Below, one piece after another: positions 32,288 through 39,636 of a DNA stretch of 64,000 nucleotides (position 1 is its first letter; each line of letters starts with the position of its first letter). The notes under the pieces are model-generated. The model had not been told where the DNA came from, ran no database searches, and worked only from the letters and a program-made list of their open reading frames with translations. The translations under genes and the position numbers were made by a program. This DNA comes from an uncultured Bacteroidia bacterium (GTDB lineage: Bacteria; Bacteroidota; Bacteroidia; Bacteroidales; UBA932): contig CADBYT010000011.1 in assembly GCA_902798975.1 (NCBI GenBank), positions 628-64,627 of the forward strand. The letters run 5' to 3'.

Positions 32288-35212
32288 CTACTTTTTTCGC
32301 TGGGGACCGCGGATGGCATCGGCTTCGAGGGGGTTGTCGGGCCAGGCGTGTTTGGGGTAGCGGCGGCGCAGTTCTTTGCGGACTTCGAAGTAGGTGTTGC
32401 TCCAGAAGCTCCGCAGGTCGGCGGTCAGCTGGACCGGCTTGTAGCCGGGCGAGAGCAGTTCCATCAGGATGGGGCGACGGCCGTCGTCCACGCGGGGTGT
32501 GTCCAGCAGCCCGAAGCATTCCTGCAGGCGGACGCGCAGGATGGGGGCTTCGGCGCCCTGGCGGTATTCCACGCGGATGCGGCTGCCGGTCGGCACGGCG
32601 ATGTGTGACGGCGCGAGCCGCTCCACTGCCTGCTGCTGAGCGTAGTCCAGCAGGGTCCAGAGGGCCGCGCAGAGGTCGATCTTTTTCAGTTCCGCGACGG
32701 TGGTGGCGCGGCCCACGAAAGGCGGCAGCCAGTCCGGGGCGCTCCGCAGCACGGCCTCCGTCGACAGGTCCGGCAGCGCCAGTTCCGGGTGCCACGCGGC
32801 CACGGCGGCGACTCGGCGCTGCAGGTTCCCGACCTCTTCCGAGAAATCGAGCATGGCCGTTCCCTCCTTCTGCGCCGCTTCGCAGATGGCGCGCGTGAGC
32901 TGGTCCCGGACGCCCTCCGACAGGGTTTTGGCATCCACCAGCAGGCTGCCGATGCGGCGTTCGCGCTGGGCCACGGCGGCGCCGGATTTGCTGTCCCAGA
33001 CCACGCGGTCGCGGGTCCGGATCAGCTCCGGCAGGTCATCGGGGTCGACCGGCGCCGCCAGGAAAATGCGTCCTTCCCGGCCCGGACGGACACTCACGGA
33101 CGCCACGGCCAGCCATTCGCAGGCGGAGAGGGCGTCTTCCGGGTTGACGGCCGCCAGCTCGCCGCTTGCGAGCTGGAAATGGCCACGGCCTTCCGGCCGC
33201 GCTTTCGCTACCCGCTCGGGGTACGCCGCCGCCAGCAATCGTCCGACGAGATACGGGGAAGGTCTGCTTTCAGCCCTGACACCTTCCCCATCGAGAAAGC
33301 TTCCCGGTGGGTTCTGTGGCCGATTCTGCGGGGAAGATCCAGGCTCTGAAAAGAGACCTTCCCCATTTCTTCCGGTAGGGTAGGATTGTTGGCATCGATT
33401 TTTGGGCTTTTTCGGTGCCGACTTTTCTTTTCCCTCGTTCGCCGACGCCGATCGGCGAATCTCCTCCCGTTCCGCCAGCATCCGGTACTGCTCGGCCATC
33501 TGGGAGATGCGGCCCCAGCGGCCGCTGCGTCCGGCGCGGTGCAGGGCATCAAGGCGCGTCGTCAGCGACGCGTTGCTCTCCAGCGCCGCCAGCGGATCCC
33601 GTTCCTCCAGCAGCGCAGCGATCTCCGCCGCCAGGGCCGTTTGGCCTGGCACCGGGATTATCAGGCGGGAATCCTGGCTCTGATTTCGGCCTTTTTCAAT
33701 CCAACCCCCAGCTAATTCTTTTGGGGTTGCATCGATTTCGCCAGTTTTCGATGCCACGCTATTCGCGGCCAGGAGCATTTTGGCGATACGGGGATGGCAG
33801 GGCAGGGCGGCGAGGGCCCGGCCGTGCGGGGTGATGCGCCCCGCCTCGTCGAGGGCGCCCAGGAGCTCCAGTAACTGCCGGGCCTGGGCCACGTGCGCGG
33901 CGGGCGGCGGGGTCAGCCAGGGGAGCCGCTCCAGCTGGCTTTCGCCCCAGGCGGCGGCATCCAGCAGGGTTCCCGCCAGGTCCGCTTCAAGGATCTCCGG
34001 CACGCGCGTCGCGGCCATGCGGGCCTGCGATGCCGGACTCCAGAGCCGGTAGCAAATGCCCGCTGCCACCCGTCCCGCGCGGCCGCTGCGCTGGTCTGCC
34101 ATGTCGCGGCTGATGCGCACCGTCTCCAGGCGGCTCAGGGCGTTCTGCGGATCGAAAACAAGCCTCCGGCAGAAGCCGCCGTCCACGACGACCCGCACGC
34201 CTTCGATGGTCAGCGAGGTCTCGGCGATGGGCGTGGCGAGGACCACCTTGCGGCTTCCTGCCGGGCTCGGGGCGATGGCGGCCCGTTGCTGTTCCGGCGG
34301 CAGCAGGCCGTAGAGGGGATAGATGGTTACGTCATTCCCGGCTTGACCGGGAATCTCAGATGGCCGATCAGGTCGGCCATGACAAGCCCCGACGCTCCCC
34401 AGCAGTTCCGCGCAGCGGCGGATCTCCCCCTCGCCGGGCAGGAACGCCAGGATGTCGCCGTCATGCTCGCGGAGCGCCACCCGCACCCAGTGCGCCACGC
34501 GCTCTGCCACGTTCTCGGCCGTGGCCTCTTCCGGCGTATGCTTGATCTCCACCGGGTACATCCGCCCGGCGCTCTCGAGCAGCGGGGCGTCCAGTTCCCG
34601 GCACAGCACTTCCGTGTCGATGGTTGCGGACATCAGCAGGATGCGCAGGTCGGGCCGCAGCAGCGACTGCGCCTCGCGGGTCAGCGCCAGGGCCACGTCG
34701 CTTTGCAGGCTCCGCTCGTGGAATTCGTCAAAAATCACGACGCCCACGCCCTCCAGGGCCGGGTCGTCTACCAGCATCCGCGTCAGGATGCCCTCGGTCA
34801 GCACCTCGATCCGCGTCGCTGCGCTCACGCGGCTCTCGAAACGGATCCGGTAGCCCACCGTCCGTCCGACCGGTTCGCCCAGCAGCGTGGCCATCCGTTC
34901 CGCGATCTGCCGCGCGGCAATTCTCCGGGGTTCCAAAATAATTATTTTTCCAGCGATGCCAGCCTTCCTTTCCCCGCTATCCGCCGACTCGCTTTTTCCG
35001 TCATTCGCCGGGTTGTATTTCCCGTCATTCACCGGGTTGTATTTTCCGTCATTCGCCGACCCCGATCGGCGAATCTCCTCCAGAATGGTCAGCGGCAGCA
35101 CCGTCGACTTGCCGGCCCCCGGGGGCGCCGTGACCACCAGACGCGGCGAGACCGCCAGCGCCTCGTTCACGGCGCCGGCGATCTCCATCACAGGCAGGTC
35201 GACCGGAATCAT
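32288..35212 (-). CDS. hrpB: ATP-dependent helicase HrpB with four in-frame palindrome-derived inserts
   Basis: APPGAGKST, LEPRRIAAR, DEFHERS, MSAT, ATPIAETSLT, QRSGRAGR, C-terminal RRYPKHAWP; start at MIPVDLP. Confidence 0.95.
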   Translation of the reverse strand: MIPVDLPVMEIAGAVNEALAVSPRLVVTAPPGAGKSTVLPLTILEEIRRSGSANDGKYNPVNDGKYNPANDGKSESADSGERKAGIAGKIIILEPRRIAARQIAERMATLLGEPVGRTVGYRIRFESRVSAATRIEVLTEGILTRMLVDDPALEGVGVVIFDEFHERSLQSDVALALTREAQSLLRPDLRILLMSATIDTEVLCRELDAPLLESAGRMYPVEIKHTPEEATAENVAERVAHWVRVALREHDGDILAFLPGEGEIRRCAELLGSVGACHGRPDRPSEIPGQAGNDVTIYPLYGLLPPEQQRAAIAPSPAGSRKVVLATPIAETSLTIEGVRVVVDGGFCRRLVFDPQNALSRLETVRISRDMADQRSGRAGRVAAGICYRLWSPASQARMAATRVPEILEADLAGTLLDAAAWGESQLERLPWLTPPPAAHVAQARQLLELLGALDEAGRITPHGRALAALPCHPRIAKMLLAANSVASKTGEIDATPKELAGGWIEKGRNQSQDSRLIIPVPGQTALAAEIAALLEERDPLAALESNASLTTRLDALHRAGRSGRWGRISQMAEQYRMLAEREEIRRSASANEGKEKSAPKKPKNRCQQSYPTGRNGEGLFSEPGSSPQNRPQNPPGSFLDGEGVRAESRPSPYLVGRLLAAAYPERVAKARPEGRGHFQLASGELAAVNPEDALSACEWLAVASVSVRPGREGRIFLAAPVDPDDLPELIRTRDRVVWDSKSGAAVAQRERRIGSLLVDAKTLSEGVRDQLTRAICEAAQKEGTAMLDFSEEVGNLQRRVAAVAAWHPELALPDLSTEAVLRSAPDWLPPFVGRATTVAELKKIDLCAALWTLLDYAQQQAVERLAPSHIAVPTGSRIRVEYRQGAEAPILRVRLQECFGLLDTPRVDDGRRPILMELLSPGYKPVQLTADLRSFWSNTYFEVRKELRRRYPKHAWPDNPLEADAIRGPQRKK
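33255..33463. repeat. Cluster of palindromes inside hrpB (insert 4)
   Basis: GGGGAAG...CTTCCCC 35-mers at 33255-33289 and 33330-33364; GTTGGCATCGA...TCGGTGCCGAC at 33388-33422; REP variant at 33434-33463. Confidence 0.75.
34331..34383. repeat. Inverted doublet of CGTC-type REPs inside hrpB (insert 2)
   Basis: GTCATTCCCGGCTTGACCGGGAATCTC (identical to 29999-30025) followed by AGATGGCCGATCAGGTCGGCCATGAC. Confidence 0.9.
34996..35077. repeat. REP plus 24-bp tandem partial copies inside hrpB (insert 1)
   Basis: ttccgtcattcgccgggttgtatt / tcccgtcattcaccgggttgtatt / ttccGTCATTCGCCGACCCCGATCGGCGAATCTC; encodes NDGKYNP repeats. Confidence 0.85.
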
Positions 35213-35254
35213 ACACACAAAGGTACGGAATAATCTCCATCCTCAAAACAGACC

Positions 35255-35326
35255 CGGCCCAGTCATCCCCCGGCAGTACGGCCCAGTCAACCACCGGCTG
35301 TACGACCCGGTTAGCCCCTGGCAGGA
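35255..35326. repeat. Three 24-bp degenerate tandem repeats upstream of hrpB
   Basis: cggcccagtcatcccccggcagta / cggcccagtcaaccaccggctgta / cgacccggttagcccctggcagga. Confidence 0.7.
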
Positions 35327-35526
35327 CACCCGAGATTGCTGTGAGCCGTAACAAACGGATAATCTGTCAAATAACGAATCGTACTCCCCCGAAAATCGGG
35401 AGAGTATAAACAAGTAAGTAATTAATTCACAATTTGATACAGCTCACAATGGCGCGAAAGGCGGGGAACCTGCGAGAGGCTGAAAACCCTTGACGGAGGA
35501 AATACACCGGAAGGCAGCCAAGCGGG

Positions 35527-35634
35527 GTGTTTTTGACAACAATCAGACTCTCAGTAAATTACATAAGTAACCGGGGACCAGAGTACCCGGTTACTTTCAG
35601 AAAAACCTTTATATCAGCGATTTGCGGAAAACGG
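35527..35634. repeat. 108-bp symmetric element, copy 2
   Basis: gtgtttt...aaaacgg; central AAGTAACC-N16-GGTTACTT at 35565-35596. Confidence 0.8.
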
Positions 35635-35681
35635 CGCCGGCTGGGACCCGGGGCGGGAAGCGCCGGGGCCGTCCCCACAAG

Positions 35682-37218
35682 CTAGCGAACTCTCGGCTGT
35701 GGGTTGTTTCTCATCTCCATCTCGGTGATGTTCAGCGGCACCGCCATCTGGATGGTCTCCAGCTCTTCCGGTGTCAGCTCCGCGAGGGCCTTGCCGTAGC
35801 GGCTGTGCGCCTGCTCGTCGCGGACCTCGTCGAACGCCTGCTTGAGCACTTTCTGGATGGAGTAGAACTTCATATAAGAAGAACCATAGTCCATGCCCAG
35901 CGAAATGATGGCTCTGGGTGCGCGCTCCCGGATGAAATCCTTGCTGCGCGCCAGCAGATCCGCATCCGTAGCGGACACCGAATTACCGGCGAACACCTTG
36001 TCGGCAGAATTGACCCGCACGACGAAAACATTGTTGCGGTCGACGCCTTTCATCGCTTCCGACGGAGTGACGGTCCCGCCCACGCCGACCGGCGGCGGCA
36101 AGCGGCGCGAGACAGCCGGTTCCTTCGGCGCAGAGTACATAATCTTCAGTTGCCCGATCGACCGCAGGACGTTCCTGACATCGTCAAGGATGCCCATCTT
36201 GGCATATTCGTCGCCGCGAATGGCGACGCACTGGACCGGGCCTTCGGTGGCAATCAGATTCTCGAGGTGGGCTTTGAGGTCTTTCAGGGCCACGGTCTCA
36301 CCGTCGACCTGGACAAGCTCGGAGCCAGAGGAAATTTCAATTCGAATGACTTTATCCTGCTCCACAAGGGCTTGATCGGGGCCCTGCGGCACGGGAGACA
36401 CAGGTCGGGCGGTGGCGCCGAAGGCAATCAGCAGCCCGGCAAACAGGGGGAGCGCCGCGCCGAAGCGCAGCCAGGAGAGGGAACCTCTCGGAGCTTGATT
36501 CATCATGGTAAAGCGTTTTTTAGTGTCTGTAGTTGTCAACAGAATAGCCCGCGCGCAGCACGTCCTCGTCGGCCTCGTACTCCTGCACTTCCGAGAGCAT
36601 GCGCTCCATCATCCAGAAGAAGGGATTGAACCAGCAGAGCGCCTTCAGGACGCCGAGGGCGACTTTGTCGCGTGAATGGCGGTGGCGGATGTGCGCGGCT
36701 TCGTGCGCGACGATCATCGCCCGCTGGCCCGCGTCGGGGCGCTCCTCCTGCCGGAGGAAAATGGTGCGCCAGAAGGAGAAGGGCGACTGGACGCGCGGGT
36801 GCTCCGCGAGCGTGTAGTCGCGCAGCGGCGTGAGCCGGGAGGCTTGCCGCAAGCGGCGGATGCGGACCAGGTTGCGGACGAGGACTGCGAGCAGCAGCAA
36901 GGCCACGGCGCCGTACAGCGCGGCGAGGACCCCCTGCCAGGGGAACGCCGCCGCGGCCGCGACCGGCGCTGCGACCTCCTCTGCCGGGGCGATGGCACCT
37001 GTCGGCTCCGCACCCACCGGGATCTGCAGGTACACCGTTTCCGCCGGCAGGATGGGCAGGCGCAGCAGCGGAATCAGCACCGACAGCAGCGCCGACGCCA
37101 GCAGGAAGTGGCGCGCGGCCCGGTACGGGACCTTCCGCGCCAGAAGGAACTGGTAGAACGCCAGCAGCAGGCCGCTGCAGACAATCACCTCCAACATATA
37201 TATCCCTGCGGGTTTCAT
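35682..37218 (-). pseudogene. BlaR1/MecR1-like M56 metallopeptidase fused to two ExbD-like periplasmic domains, split by a frameshift near 36520-36539
   Basis: ORF 36520-37218: SPFSF, HEAAHIRHRHS, WFNPF, EYEAD, ends YSVDNYRH*. ORF 35682-36539 continues TKKRFTMM, a TM helix, then VAIRGDEYAKMG and ISLGMDYGSSY...PLNITE. Confidence 0.7.
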
Positions 37219-37598
37219 TTTTTCAGCATGTTGAGGATCTCGTTCACCTCTCCGGCCGGAATGGACTCCTGCTCGGAGAAGAAGCTCACCAGGCGGCTCA
37301 GCGAGCCGTCAAAGAAATTGTCCAGCACGGTGGTCATGTACCGTTGCGTGTACGCTTCCTTGGACACAAGGGGGAAGTACTCATAGGTCCGGCCGTACGC
37401 CTTGTGGCCCACAAAGCCCTTCTGCTCCAGGATGCGCACGATCGTCGACACGGTGTTGTAGGCCGGTTTCGGCTCCGGGAGTACGTCCAGGATATCGTGG
37501 ACCAGGACCTTCTCCTTGTCCCAGATCACCTGCATCAACTCCAGTTCCGCCTTCGTCAGCTCCTGCTGCGCCTCGACGTTCATTTTCTTTCTGACCAT
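37215..37598 (-). CDS. BlaI/MecI/CopY family repressor
   Basis: LTKAELELMQVIW, AYNTVSTIVRILEQKGFV, FFDGS; ATGA overlap with the M56 gene. Confidence 0.93.
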   Translation of the reverse strand: MVRKKMNVEAQQELTKAELELMQVIWDKEKVLVHDILDVLPEPKPAYNTVSTIVRILEQKGFVGHKAYGRTYEYFPLVSKEAYTQRYMTTVLDNFFDGSLSRLVSFFSEQESIPAGEVNEILNMLKK

Positions 37599-37623
37599 AA
37601 CGCTTTGATTCTAGTATTCGATA

Positions 37624-37688
37624 CAAAGGTATAACTAATTTTTTAGTTTCAAAACAAATTCGCCAAAAATTTAACTAAAATTTTAGTT
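37624..37688 (-). promoter_or_regulatory. blaI-like promoter (TAccTTTG 37624-37631) with two AACTAA-N4-TTAGTT operators
   Basis: Palindromes at 37633-37648 and 37673-37688. Confidence 0.75.
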
Positions 37689-37732
37689 GACACCCTTTTT
37701 CACCCACTTCCCAACCCAATTTTCCTCTCCAG

Positions 37733-37840
37733 CCGTTTCTTGCAATAACCAGAATCACAGCCAATTACAAAACTAACTGGATCCCTGAGTCTCCGGTTAC
37801 TTTCGGAACAATCACGAAATCAGTTGTTTATAAATAACAG
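37733..37840. repeat. 108-bp symmetric element, copy 3
   Basis: ccgtttc...ataacag; central AACTAACT-N16-GGTTACTT at 37771-37802. Confidence 0.75.
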
Positions 37841-37849
37841 TGCCTGCGA

Positions 37850-37957
37850 CTGTTTTTCATAACAATTAGTCAATCAATAAAATACAAAAGTAACCAGGTA
37901 CCTGGGGTCCTAGTTACTTCCGGAATCTGCTATGGATCAGCGACTTGTGCAAAACGG
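37850..37957. repeat. 108-bp symmetric element, copy 4
   Basis: ctgtttt...aaaacgg; central AAGTAACC-N16-AGTTACTT at 37888-37919. Confidence 0.8.
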
Positions 37958-37985
37958 CGCACAGCCGCAAGCGGGCGGAGCGGGG

Positions 37986-39482
37986 CTACGGCCGGGCGCC
38001 GAAGGCCGGGCGCGGCGGCACCAGCGGCTCGCCCATCGCGGAGGCCTCGGCATCCGCCTCGTCCAGCTTCCACACCATGAACTGCGGGGTGGCAGCCGTG
38101 TACGGAGTCCATTCGCCGCCGTCGGGGCCGTTCGGATCGCCGTATTTGGCGAAATTGGACCAGGCCGTCAGCATGCGCTCGGACAGATCCCAGTCGCCCT
38201 GCGTCCAGGGACGCCAGCAGTGCTCCAGCGACTTGAACACGAACCAGAGGTCAGAAGAGTGGAAAGCGCCCTGCAGCACGTTCGGCCGGCCGTCGGTCGG
38301 CAGCGGACGCGCGAACTGGTAGGCGTAGGCCTTGCCGCCCATCTCCTCGCGGTTGAGGCAGAAGGTGCGGATCTGGTCGCCCATGTTGCCGGAATCATTC
38401 AGCGTGTAGCCGATCATATAGGGCACCTGCGCCAGCGTACCGTCGATGCAGGCCTCGTCGAAGCTCTCGGGGAGCACGTAGCCGTCGATATACGGACTGA
38501 TGGGCATGGCGGAGAGGATGCTGCGCTTGCCGGTGACGGAGGTGTAGATGCCGCCGAGCGCGTAGATCGTCTCGGTGGAGGCGGCGCGCATTTTCTTCAG
38601 GTCGGTCAGGTTCGCCCAGTCCATCACCTCTTTGACGGATTTCTCCGCATCGGCGAGGGTGGCGTTCTGCTGCGCCGGGAGGGCCGGGCCGCCCGGGAAC
38701 ATCGGCTGCGCGGGCTTGCGCGGATCCACGAGACCGCTGCCGCTCATGATGACGGCCTTGTTGAAGAGGCCCTTGGTCAGCGGCGAGGCGCTCAGGAACT
38801 TCACGCTGCGGGAACCGGCGCTCTGGCCGAAAATCATCACGTTGTCCGGATCGCCGCCGAACTGGGCGATGTTTTTCTTGACCCATTTCAGGACCTCGAT
38901 CTGGTCCAGGGTGCCCCAGTTGCCGGTGGCGTGCTCCGGATCCTCGGCCGAGATCTCAGGATGGGCGAGGAAGCCGAACGGGCCCACGCGGTAGTTGAAA
39001 GTCACCAGGACGACATCCTTCGCGCCCCAGTTCTTGCCGTCGAACTCCGGCTCGGAGCCCCAGCCTTCGCGGAGGCCGCCACCGAAGATCCACACGGCCA
39101 CGGGGAGCTTCTTGTCCACCTGGCCGGGCGCCTTGGTCCAGACGTTCAGGTAGAGGCAATCCTCGCTGTAGGGGGCTTCGTCGCCATAACCCCACTCCGT
39201 GGTGTAGCCGCCGGGATAGTGGGCCGCCTGGAACGGCGGATGATTGAATTTGTCGCAGACCTTCACGCCCTCCCAGGGGACGACGGGCTGCGGCGCGCGC
39301 CAGCGGTTCTCGCCCAGCGGCGGAGCGGCGTAAGGGATGCCGCGGAAGACGGTGACGCCGGGGGCGTCGTCGAGCAGGACACCCTGCACCTGACCGCCCT
39401 CGATGGTGAGGACGGGGTTTTCCGGCACGGAAGAGCACGCGGCGAGGGCCAGCGCGCTGAGGAGAACAAGTATCTTTCTCAT
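37986..39482 (-). CDS. Carboxylesterase/lipase (type B) lipoprotein
   Basis: Lipobox LAAC; FRGIPYAAPP, SEDCLYLNVW, NYRVGPFGF, FGGDPDNVMIFGQSAG, AFHSSD. Confidence 0.92.
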   Translation of the reverse strand: MRKILVLLSALALAACSSVPENPVLTIEGGQVQGVLLDDAPGVTVFRGIPYAAPPLGENRWRAPQPVVPWEGVKVCDKFNHPPFQAAHYPGGYTTEWGYGDEAPYSEDCLYLNVWTKAPGQVDKKLPVAVWIFGGGLREGWGSEPEFDGKNWGAKDVVLVTFNYRVGPFGFLAHPEISAEDPEHATGNWGTLDQIEVLKWVKKNIAQFGGDPDNVMIFGQSAGSRSVKFLSASPLTKGLFNKAVIMSGSGLVDPRKPAQPMFPGGPALPAQQNATLADAEKSVKEVMDWANLTDLKKMRAASTETIYALGGIYTSVTGKRSILSAMPISPYIDGYVLPESFDEACIDGTLAQVPYMIGYTLNDSGNMGDQIRTFCLNREEMGGKAYAYQFARPLPTDGRPNVLQGAFHSSDLWFVFKSLEHCWRPWTQGDWDLSERMLTAWSNFAKYGDPNGPDGGEWTPYTAATPQFMVWKLDEADAEASAMGEPLVPPRPAFGARP

Positions 39483-39636
39483 ATCGATAGGTTTAACTTT
39501 CGTTTCAGCCAAGTTAGAAAGAGAATCCCGCCCGCGCAAGAGCCCGTCCGCCCGTTGACCAAAAAATAAAACAAAATGACGCATAACGGCGAAAATTCCC
39601 TAACTTAGGACCGGAAAGTACAAACATGCAACATAA

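Noticed and set aside
36505-36540. Programmed -1 frameshift at the A6C run in the M56 gene
   Set aside because: The TAA stop is reached at the start of the run, the needed shift is +1, and linker sequence seems missing, which favours a deletion.
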